Of a stretch of DNA of 37,618 nucleotides, positions 29,328 through 37,618 are shown piece by piece. The translations under genes and the position numbers were made by a program. Each line of letters starts with the position of its first letter. The stretch's first letter is position 1. Origin of the DNA: Candidatus Methylomirabilota bacterium (lineage in GTDB: Bacteria > Methylomirabilota > Methylomirabilia > Rokubacteriales > CSP1-6); the NCBI GenBank assembly GCA_046726415.1, contig JBKPAK010000292.1, forward strand, positions 1-37,618. The letters run 5' to 3'. Under the pieces are notes generated by a model. That model had not been told where the DNA came from, searched no databases, and saw only the letters and a program-made list of their open reading frames with translations.

Positions 29328-30262
29328 GCGGTACCGCGGGCCTTGCCGCCGGCCAGGAGAATGAGGACGCCCATGCGCACGGCGAGCCCTTTGGCGACTT
29401 GATCGAGGATGACGGAGTACGGCCCGTCGGCCACCTCGGGGGACAACTCCATGCCGCGGTTGACAGGACCTGGATGCATGATCAGCACATCGGGGCGCGC
29501 ATGGGCGCGGAGCTTGTCCAGGGTGAGCCCCCAGTAGCGCGAGTACTCGCGGATGGACGGGATGAGCCCCGCCGTCATGCGCTCCTGCTGAAGCCGCAAC
29601 ATCATGATCACGTCGACGTCGCGGATGGCGTCCTCCAGCCGGTAACAGACCTTCGCGCCCAGCTCCTGGACGAAGGGCGGAATGAGCGTCGGGGGCCCCG
29701 CCACGGTGACGCTCATCCCCAGCTTGCGCATGCCGTGGATGTTCGAGCGCGCGACGCGGCTGTGGGCGATGTCTCCGATGATGGCCACCTGGAGCCCCTC
29801 GAAGTGCCCCTTCTTCTCGCGAATCGTGAGCAGGTCGAGCAGCGCCTGGGTGGGATGCTCGTGGGCGCCGTCGCCGGCGTTGACGATGCTGCATGCGAGC
29901 GCACGAGCCAGCAAGGTCGCCGCCCCTGCCGACGAGTGCCGGACCACCACCACGTCGGGGCTCATCGCGTCGATGTTCTTGGCGGTGTCGAGCAAGCTCT
30001 CGCCCTTGGCCGCGCTGGAGCCGCTGGCCGAGAAGTTGATGACATCGGCGGAGAGCCACTTGCCGGCGATCTCGAAGGACGTCCGCGTCCGGGTGGACGC
30101 CTCGTAGAAGAGATTCACGATGGTTTTGCCGCGGAGGGCCGGGACTTTCTTGATCTCGCGGCTGGCGATCTCCTGGAGCGAAGCGGCGGTGTCGATCAGC
30201 AGGGTGATCTCGCTCGCGTCGAGTTCGCGGATCGTCAGGAGATCCTTCCGGCTCCAGGTCAT
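29324..30262 (-). CDS. pyrB: Aspartate carbamoyltransferase catalytic subunit
   Basis: [50 protein letters not shown]. Confidence 0.98.
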   Translation of the reverse strand: MTWSRKDLLTIRELDASEITLLIDTAASLQEIASREIKKVPALRGKTIVNLFYEASTRTRTSFEIAGKWLSADVINFSASGSSAAKGESLLDTAKNIDAMSPDVVVVRHSSAGAATLLARALACSIVNAGDGAHEHPTQALLDLLTIREKKGHFEGLQVAIIGDIAHSRVARSNIHGMRKLGMSVTVAGPPTLIPPFVQELGAKVCYRLEDAIRDVDVIMMLRLQQERMTAGLIPSIREYSRYWGLTLDKLRAHARPDVLIMHPGPVNRGMELSPEVADGPYSVILDQVAKGLAVRMGVLILLAGGKARGTA

Positions 30263-30926
<664 letters not shown>

Positions 30927-31053
30927 TGGGAATCTGGCCCGTCGCGGGGTGTGTGCGCTCCCGGGGAGCGACGGCGTTCAGCCCTTTGATGCTTCGCGGG
31001 CGGCCTGCCGAGACGATCGTCGCCTCATCGCTCCTAACCGGACGATCATCGCG

Positions 31054-32325
31054 TCACCTCTCCTGCCACCGACGGCGCTCACGGCGCGCATACTCCATTG
31101 AAACGCGGCCTGCCTTGACAACGAGTGACCGTGGCGGGGAGGCGGCCACGATTTGTTCTGCGTCTTCGCATTCCCAGACGACCAGATCGGCGCGACAGCC
31201 CGGGGCGAGCCCGTGGTGGGGGACGCGCAAGATGGTGGCAGGGTGGCGCGTGATGCAGTCGACGAGCGCGCGCATCTCGACCGGCGTGCCCATGTGGGCG
31301 GCCACGGCGGCCACGTAGGCGATGTGCGTCAGGTCCGCCGTGCCCACGGGCGTGAAAGGGTTCTGGATGTTATTGGTGGAGATGGCCACGGGGACACCGG
31401 CGGCCAGCAGGCGGCGGATGGGGGTGAGGCCACGGCGGACGTTATGCGCGTCCCGACGCCCCATCAAGTAGAGATCGGTGGTCGGCAGACTGATCACGCC
31501 GATTCGCGCCTCCGCGATGCCCGCGATGATCCCGTCCTGCTCGTCGGGCGTGAGGGCCGCCAGCTCCGTCAGATGGCCGACGGCCACCCGGCCGTGCCAG
31601 CCGCGGCGGAGCGTCTGTTCGATGATTTCGCGGATGTGCAGGTGTTCGGGCTCCTCGGAGAAGTCGACGTGGAAATCGGCGTCGACGCCGAACTCGGCAG
31701 CCAGGTCGAACACGAGGGCGATCTGCTTGAGGGCGTCGCTGTCGTGGTAGGGGCATCCGCCGATCAGGTTGGCGCCCATGGCCAGCGCGCGCCGCAACAG
31801 CGCTTCTGTGCCCGGCGCGTGCACGATGCCTTCCTGGGCGAAGGCGCAGATCTGGAGATCGATGGCCGGAGCGAACTCCGCGCGCAGCGGCAGCACCGCT
31901 TCCATGCCCATGAGGCCGACGATGGGATCCACCTCCACGTGGCTGCGGAGGGCGGTGGTGCCCGCGGCCACCGCCATCTCTAGCGCTCGACGGGCGCGCG
32001 TTCGGATGTCGTCGACGGTGAACCGGCGCTTGGCCTCCCCCGTGAGGCGAATGGCCTCCTCCAACGTACCCGCCGCCCCTCGCACGCGCCCCGAGAGCAG
32101 CGCCTTGTCGAGATGGATGTGCGCCTCCACTAGGCCGGGAGTGACGAGCCGACCGCCGACCTCCACCACTTCGCGGGCGGAGCCCAGATGCGGGCCGATT
32201 CGGGCGATGTGGCCGCCCGCGATGGCGACATCGGCCGGGGTTTCGCGGTGCGGGAGGCGACAGCCGCGCAGCAGCAGGTCCACCAAAGTGGCCCGATCAT
32301 ATTGGCCAGGAATGGCTCTTTTCAA
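31054..32325 (-). CDS. Metal-dependent amidohydrolase, cytosine deaminase (CodA)-like
   Basis: PGLVEAHIHLDK, GTTALRSHV, AFAQEG, IGGCP, DFHVD, VGHL, PGCRADLVV; start uncertain. Confidence 0.88.
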   Translation of the reverse strand: MKRAIPGQYDRATLVDLLLRGCRLPHRETPADVAIAGGHIARIGPHLGSAREVVEVGGRLVTPGLVEAHIHLDKALLSGRVRGAAGTLEEAIRLTGEAKRRFTVDDIRTRARRALEMAVAAGTTALRSHVEVDPIVGLMGMEAVLPLRAEFAPAIDLQICAFAQEGIVHAPGTEALLRRALAMGANLIGGCPYHDSDALKQIALVFDLAAEFGVDADFHVDFSEEPEHLHIREIIEQTLRRGWHGRVAVGHLTELAALTPDEQDGIIAGIAEARIGVISLPTTDLYLMGRRDAHNVRRGLTPIRRLLAAGVPVAISTNNIQNPFTPVGTADLTHIAYVAAVAAHMGTPVEMRALVDCITRHPATILRVPHHGLAPGCRADLVVWECEDAEQIVAASPPRSLVVKAGRVSMEYARRERRRWQER

Positions 32326-32383
32326 GGCGCCATTGTCGTCTTACCGTCACGTGAAGGCGAGAACGGCTCAGCGGGGAGGGGAT

Positions 32384-34330
32384 GTGATCAGAACTATCCG
32401 GACGGTATGCGCTCACGACTGCCCCGACCAGTGCTCGCTGGTTGCGCACGTCGAGGACGGCCGCATCGTGCGAATCGAAGGCGATCCGGAGCATTCGTTC
32501 ACCGCGGGGTTCGCGTGTGCCAAGGTCCACCACGACCATGAGCTGGCCCACTCGCCGGAGCGCCTTCGCACACCGCTTCGTCGCGTGGGCGCCAAGGGCG
32601 AGGGGCGCTTTGTGCCGGTGACGTGGGGCGATGCGCTCGACGCGATCGTGGGGCGCTGGCAGGCCATCATCCGCGAGGACGGCCCGGAGGCGATCCTCGG
32701 CTACGCGTATAGCGCCCACCAGGGACAGATCAATCGCGGATTGCTGCTCGGGGTGTTCCACGCGCTCGGCACCAGCCGGCTCCAGGCGGGCACCGTGTGC
32801 GACACGTGCGCGGAAGCCGGCTGGGACGCGGCGTGCGGGAGCGTGGGCGGCGCCGATCCGGAGACGGTGGTCCACTCCGATCTGGTCATCGCGTGGGGAG
32901 CCGATCTGCTCACCACGAACGTCCACATCTGGCCTTTCGTGGAGCAGGCTCGCAAGGCCGGCGCCGCGCTCATCGTCATCGAACCGCGCCGCAGCCGCAC
33001 CGCCGCCCGCGCCGACTGGCATCTGCGCGTGAACGTCGGAACGGACGCCGCGCTGGCCCTAGGCGTCATGCATCTCCTCGCTCGCGACGGGCGGTGCGAC
33101 GGCGACTACCTCGCGCGGCGGACGCTCGGCTTCGAGCGGCTCGCGCGCTGGTACGGCCATGCGGGAGCGCCCTTCATCAGGCTGGGAGAGGGCATGTCTC
33201 GCTCCCGGCAGGGCGGCCAGGCGATTCGCGCAGTGGCCCTGCTGCCCGGTGTCGTCGGCGCCTACGACAAGCTGGGTGGCGGCGCCCTGCTCATGACCGC
33301 GGCCAGCTTCGGGATCGACTCGTCCGCGCTCCGGAAGCCGTCGGGGCCGGCCCGCGCCCGCATGATCAATCACTCACGGCTCGGCGAGGCGCTGCTGACG
33401 TTCACCGATCCGCCGATTCGGGCGCTGTTCGTCGCGTCCAACAATCCGGCGGTGACGTGCCCCGACGCCAACAGGGTGAGGCGAGGCCTCCGGCGCGAGG
33501 ATCTCTTCACGGTCGTCCACGATCCCTTCCTCTCCGACACCGCGCGCTTCGCCGACATCGTGCTGCCGGCCACGACATATCTGGAAACCGAAGACATTCA
33601 CCGGGCATACGGGAGCTACCATCTTCAATTCGCCAACCAGGTGATCGAGCCGCAGGGCGAGGCGTGGGCCAATCGCCGTCTTGCTCAGGAGCTGGCCCGG
33701 CGCCTCGGCCTCGGCGACGCCGTGTTCTCCATGGGCACTGACGACTTGATTCGCGCGCTCTTCCGCGGCGCGCGCGGCCCGGCGGCGACGGTCAAGCTCG
33801 GAAGCGTGCGCACCGCCGGGCCCATCAAGCTCGCGCCCGAACCCGGTGGTCAGCGCTTCGCCACGCCCTCGGGCCGCCTCGAGTTCTACTCGGAACATCT
33901 CGCGGCCCAGGGATTGCCCGCCATGCCGGATTGGGTGGAGGACACCACGGCGATAGAAACCGAGCGCCGCTGGCCCCTTCGGCTGCTCACCGCGCCCGGT
34001 TACTACCAGAGCCACACGGCCTTCTCTGGCGTAGCCTCGCTTCGCCGCCGACAGGGCCCGTCGGAGTGCGTGCTCCACCCCCGCGACGCAACGGCACGCG
34101 GGCTCCGCGACGGGGACCTGGTCGAGCTTCTCAACGACCGCGGCTCGGTCGTGTTCACCCTGCGGGTGAGTGACGAGACGTCGCCGGGCGTCGCCTTTGT
34201 CCCCGGACAGCGGCCGGCGGGGGAGGCCGTGACGGGGACGATCAACATGCTCGTCTCCGACCGGTTCAGCGACTTCGGGGAAGGCGCGACGTACCAGGAC
34301 ACGCGCCTCGAGGTGCGCCGGGCCAGCTGA
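32384..34330 (+). CDS. Molybdopterin (bis-MGD) oxidoreductase family protein with an N-terminal 4Fe-4S motif
   Basis: SD GGGGAGGGG then GTG at 32384; CAHDCPDQC...ACAK, RLRTPLRRVG, TDAALALG, SDTARFADIVLPATTYLE, ATPSGRLEF, HPRDA. Confidence 0.9.
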   Translation: MIRTIRTVCAHDCPDQCSLVAHVEDGRIVRIEGDPEHSFTAGFACAKVHHDHELAHSPERLRTPLRRVGAKGEGRFVPVTWGDALDAIVGRWQAIIREDGPEAILGYAYSAHQGQINRGLLLGVFHALGTSRLQAGTVCDTCAEAGWDAACGSVGGADPETVVHSDLVIAWGADLLTTNVHIWPFVEQARKAGAALIVIEPRRSRTAARADWHLRVNVGTDAALALGVMHLLARDGRCDGDYLARRTLGFERLARWYGHAGAPFIRLGEGMSRSRQGGQAIRAVALLPGVVGAYDKLGGGALLMTAASFGIDSSALRKPSGPARARMINHSRLGEALLTFTDPPIRALFVASNNPAVTCPDANRVRRGLRREDLFTVVHDPFLSDTARFADIVLPATTYLETEDIHRAYGSYHLQFANQVIEPQGEAWANRRLAQELARRLGLGDAVFSMGTDDLIRALFRGARGPAATVKLGSVRTAGPIKLAPEPGGQRFATPSGRLEFYSEHLAAQGLPAMPDWVEDTTAIETERRWPLRLLTAPGYYQSHTAFSGVASLRRRQGPSECVLHPRDATARGLRDGDLVELLNDRGSVVFTLRVSDETSPGVAFVPGQRPAGEAVTGTINMLVSDRFSDFGEGATYQDTRLEVRRAS

Positions 34331-34432
34331 GCCAATTCCGCATCAGGATCCGCCGACCGTCGACCCGACGCGTGGGCCGGACGATCGCGAAGGTCGGCCG
34401 TCCTGGAGCCGTGTGTCGAGGATAGCGGCCGA

Positions 34433-35215
34433 TCAACCGAGGAAGCGATTCAGCGCAGCGACGAGCTCGGCCGGACGTTCATACGGGAGCATGTGCCCGG
34501 CGCCCTCGATCATCACCACCTCGGCATGTGGGATCAGCGCCGCCCAGCGCTCGGCGTACACGGGTGGGATCAGCTTGTCGTTTCGACCCCACGCGATCAG
34601 CGTCGGCGCGGTGAGGCGATAGAGCCGTCGCGACACGTGGCGGTCGGGGATTGGGAAGAGGATCTTGCCAGCCATTCCCATGCGGCGCGCATTGCCGATG
34701 TAGAAGTCGCGCAGGGCCTCCATGTTGCTGAAGTCGACGCCGCCGGTGAGGAGGGCGGCACCCCGCTCGGGGTCGTGAAAGAGGAGCTCCGCGAACTGGA
34801 AGGGCAGCAGGCTGAACAGGTCGGGGATCGGATGCGCGTCGAGCCAGAGCCCGGCCGCATCCACCAGAACGAGCTTCGTGAGGTCGCGCGGGACCAGGCA
34901 GGCCATCTCGGCGGCGATCATGCCGCCCATCGAGTGTCCGACCAGATGTGGCCGGGCCAGGCCGAGCGCCTCGACGACGTCCCACCCGTGAAGGGCGAAG
35001 TCGAGCATATCGTCCAGCAACTCCTCGCCCGTGGACTCCCCGTAGCCGGGGAGCTCCGGCGCGAGGACGTGATAGCGCCCGCCGAGCTGCTCCAGGAAGC
35101 GATTCTCGGCGAGGAGCCCGCCGGCGCTGTGCAGGAAGACGAGCGGTTCGCCGCTGCCGGACTCCAGGACCCGGCACCCCGCGCCGCGCCGGGTCTCGAC
35201 GGTGCGGAACTTCAC
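34433..35215 (-). CDS. Alpha/beta-fold hydrolase
   Basis: LVFLHSAGG, LPGYG, nucleophile GHSMGG, WGRND, GAGHM; GTG at 35215 overlaps the LLM stop. Confidence 0.92.
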   Translation of the reverse strand: MKFRTVETRRGAGCRVLESGSGEPLVFLHSAGGLLAENRFLEQLGGRYHVLAPELPGYGESTGEELLDDMLDFALHGWDVVEALGLARPHLVGHSMGGMIAAEMACLVPRDLTKLVLVDAAGLWLDAHPIPDLFSLLPFQFAELLFHDPERGAALLTGGVDFSNMEALRDFYIGNARRMGMAGKILFPIPDRHVSRRLYRLTAPTLIAWGRNDKLIPPVYAERWAALIPHAEVVMIEGAGHMLPYERPAELVAALNRFLG

Positions 35216-36462
35216 CGGGGCTTGTCCGCGCCGGGCCGCGTCTCCTCCGGCCGCAGGCGGTCGGCCATCGGCGAGATCCACCACCGCGCGTCGTCCTTCC
35301 ACTCCAGCCATAGGTCGCGCAACGTCGGCATGACGCGCTCGGCGAAGAGCTTCGAGGAGTGTCGCGTCTTCCAGTCCGGCATGTTGCCGTTGTGGAAGAG
35401 GCAGAACAGATGCCCGACGCGCAGCCCCTTGATGGCCTCCTCCAACTGCTGGCGCACGGTGTCCGGGCTGCCCGCCACGATGAAGCGCTCGTCCACCAGC
35501 TGCTTCCAGGTGAGGTTCTGGAAAATCTGCTGGGCGTCGCGCGAGAGCTGCGAGAGCGCGCCGTACTTGATGGTGTTGATGGTGCGATAGCCGGCCGGAT
35601 CGGCGAACGGCGGATAGATGTGCAAGCAGCGGTTGAAGAAGTAGAGCACGTGCTCGGCGTACAGTTCCTCCGCCTCGCGGTCGGTATCAGCCACGCAGAT
35701 GATCTGGGCGAAGGCGGCGCGAAAGGGCGACTCGTCCTTGCCCCGCGCGGCCACGCGTTCCCAGTACCCATCGAGGAGCGACTTGGCCCGCCGGTAACCG
35801 AAGAACGACAGATACGAATAGTTGTAGTCGTAGTCCAGGCAGAAATCCCACGTCTCGATGGACCCGCCCCCGGGGATGTAGATGGGCGGATGGGGCTTCT
35901 GGATCGGCTTCGGCCAGCAGTTGACCCAGCGGAGCTGTGTGTATTTGCCGTCGAAGGCGAAGGGTTCGTCGGCCGCCCACGCCCGCATGATCAGCTCGTG
36001 CGCTTCGCGGTATTTCTCGCGGGTGAGGGCGGGGATCTGGCCGTAGCAGAAGTTGGTGTCCATCGGCGTGCCCACGGGGAAGCCCGCGACCAGGCGCCCG
36101 CCGGACAGCACGTCCAGCATGGCGAACTCCTCGGCCACGCGAATGGGAGGGTTGTAGAGAGCGATGGAATTCCCGATGACGCAGATGGCGGCCCGGGACG
36201 TCCGCCGGGTGAGGCCGGCGGCGATGATGTTGGGCGAGGGCATGAGGCCATAGCCGTTCTGGTGGTGCTCGTTCACCCCGATGCCGTCGAAGCCAAGGGC
36301 GTCCGCGTACTCGAGCTGATCCATATACTCGTGGTAGACGAAGTGGCCCCGGCGCGGATCGTAGAGCGTGTTCGGGATGTCGACCCACACCGAGCGGTTC
36401 TTCTCGCGGAAGTCGTCGGGCAGGTCTGGCCACGGCATCAAGTTGAACCAGGTGAATTTCAT
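35212..36462 (-). CDS. LLM-class flavin-dependent monooxygenase (bacterial luciferase-like)
   Basis: LGFDGIGVNEHH, PIRVAEEFAMLDVLSGGRL, WPKPIQKPHPPIY, AGSPDTVR, LFAERVMP; GAGG SD. Confidence 0.92.
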   Translation of the reverse strand: MKFTWFNLMPWPDLPDDFREKNRSVWVDIPNTLYDPRRGHFVYHEYMDQLEYADALGFDGIGVNEHHQNGYGLMPSPNIIAAGLTRRTSRAAICVIGNSIALYNPPIRVAEEFAMLDVLSGGRLVAGFPVGTPMDTNFCYGQIPALTREKYREAHELIMRAWAADEPFAFDGKYTQLRWVNCWPKPIQKPHPPIYIPGGGSIETWDFCLDYDYNYSYLSFFGYRRAKSLLDGYWERVAARGKDESPFRAAFAQIICVADTDREAEELYAEHVLYFFNRCLHIYPPFADPAGYRTINTIKYGALSQLSRDAQQIFQNLTWKQLVDERFIVAGSPDTVRQQLEEAIKGLRVGHLFCLFHNGNMPDWKTRHSSKLFAERVMPTLRDLWLEWKDDARWWISPMADRLRPEETRPGADKPR

Positions 36463-36499
36463 GCACGCACCTCGTCAGCCCATAGGCTGTCGCATCCGA

Positions 36500-37386
36500 T
36501 CAGTATGGAAGACTCTCGCGTCCCATCAGTTCGCGGGCGACCACGATCTTCATGATCTCGGTGGCGCCGTCGCCGATTTCGAGTCCCATGACATCGCGCA
36601 TGCGCTGCTCGAAGGGCAGCTCGCTCGTGTAGCCGTAGTGACCGTGCAGGAGCAGGCACTTGTGGATGGTGTCCACGGCCATCCGGGGCACCCACCACTT
36701 CATCATGGCCGACTCCTTGGTGAACGGCGCGTGGTGATCGGCCAGCCACAGCGCGCGGTAGCAGAGCTAGCGGGCCGCGTCGAGAAGGGTCGCCGCCTCC
36801 GCGATGGGAAACGACACGCCCTCGAAGCGCGCCAGCGCACGCCCGAACGCTTGCCGCTCCTTCACGTACGCCATCGTCTCCTCGAGCGACACTTGGGCCG
36901 CGCCTGAGCAGGCCAGCCCGATCAGCACCCGGTTGAAGTCGAAGGCCTGCATGACCTGGCGGAAGCCCGTGCCTTCGGCACCGAGCCGGTGCGAAGCGGG
37001 AATGCGCACGTGGTCGAACGACAGCACGGCGCGGGTGTTGACGCGCGAGCCGAGATCGCGCAGGGCACTCCGCGCCACCCCGGGCCGGTCGAGGGGGACG
37101 AGGAATGCACTGATCCCCCGCGCGCGGGGGCCGGGATCGGTCCGGGCGAAGACGATCGCGGCTTGCGCCACCATCCCGAGGCTGATTCCGGACTTCTCGC
37201 CCACCAAGACATAGCCGGCGCCGTCCCGCTCGGCCCGGCACGCCAGGCGGGCCGCATCCGAGCCGGCGCTGGGCTCGGTGAGGGCCAGGGCGATGACGGT
37301 CTCGCCGCGCGTCGTCGGCGGGATCCAGCGGTCCCGGATCTCCGCCGAACCGTTCCGGCCAATGATCTCGGCGGCGAAGGCGGACC
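36500..37386 (-). pseudogene. Acyl-CoA dehydrogenase (cyclohexanecarboxyl-CoA dehydrogenase-like), 5'-truncated with an in-frame TAG at 36767-36769
   Basis: LALTEPSAGSDA, GEK, GISAFLVPLDRPG, YVKERQAFG, AAR*LCYRALW, KWW, HGHYGY, RDVMGLEIGDGA; N-terminal domain missing. Confidence 0.85.
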
Positions 37387-37618
37387 GGCACTCGTCCCCG
37401 GAGGTGCGCCTCCTCGCCCTGGAGGAAATGCTCCGCACGACCGGCTTACCCCCAGCCGACGCGGTGCCGATCCTCGCCCCGCTCTTGACGCTGTCAACGC
37501 CGGAGACCCGCTATCCGCCGCGGGCCATGAGCCCCGATCGACAGCGCCAGCGAACGCTCGAGACGGTGGTGGCGCTGCTGCTCCAGCGGCCACGCGCCAG
37601 CCCGTGCTCCTGATCGTG
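37383..37618 (+). pseudogene. Internal fragment of an adenylate/guanylate cyclase-AAA ATPase-TPR type protein, with a frameshift near 37588
   Basis: SPEVRLLALEEML...LAPLLTLS...RYPP..MSPDRQRQRTLE..VALLL, then in another frame ATRQPVLLIV (normally followed by EDLHW); no start codon. Confidence 0.6.

Noticed and set aside
30955..30970. Short hairpin cgctcc-cgg-ggagcg upstream of the pyr promoter as a terminator or riboswitch
   Set aside because: A 6-bp GC stem with no U-tract and no recognisable aptamer is expected by chance at this GC content.
31769..32383. N-terminal extensions in the ORF track (Mo enzyme from 31769, SBP from 7027, carA from 28771, livH-like from 6559, gmk from 18388)
   Set aside because: They overlap neighbouring real genes. 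Family homology and SD or GTGA overlaps place the starts downstream.
36767..36769. TAG recoding (pyrrolysine or alternative genetic code) in the acyl-CoA dehydrogenase
   Set aside because: TAG is the normal stop of rimM, rpsP, rpe, def, pyrE and pyrR here, no pyl genes are visible, and the gene is also 5'-truncated.

Overview
High-GC bacterial window, mostly core housekeeping operons on the minus strand with three accessory stretches. The gene order and the GC-rich hairpin repeats suggest Candidatus Rokubacteria/Methylomirabilota, but this is an unverified inference. Left to right: (1) an 86-bp tandem hairpin repeat, then rimM, rpsP and ffh. (2) A 7.4-kb accessory cassette with two Mer-like LLM oxidoreductases, a TIGR04076-like Cys protein and a LIV-type ABC importer. 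(3) The yicC-remA-gmk-rpoZ-coaBC-udg-priA-def-fmt-rsmB-rpe superoperon, in which PriA appears helicase-dead. (4) A plus-strand locus with a small membrane protein and two tandem lipoproteins, each built as lipobox + GPP-rich collagen-like stalk + OmpA-like domain, behind a perfect 7-2-7 dyad. This is the best candidate for an undescribed system. (5) A pyrR-pyrB-pyrC-carA-orfX-carB-pyrF-sORF-pyrE cluster. It carries a PyrR RNA element over the pyrR Shine-Dalgarno, a 30-aa ORF bridging pyrB and pyrC, an unknown 88-aa gene at carB's usual start position, and a carB that can only start at CTG. (6) An atypical CodA-like amidohydrolase divergent from a molybdopterin oxidoreductase. (7) An LLM plus alpha/beta hydrolase pair behind a broken acyl-CoA dehydrogenase, which is joined at the window end to an unrelated cyclase/ATPase fragment (possible chimera). 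No rRNA, tRNA, CRISPR array or transposase was recognised.
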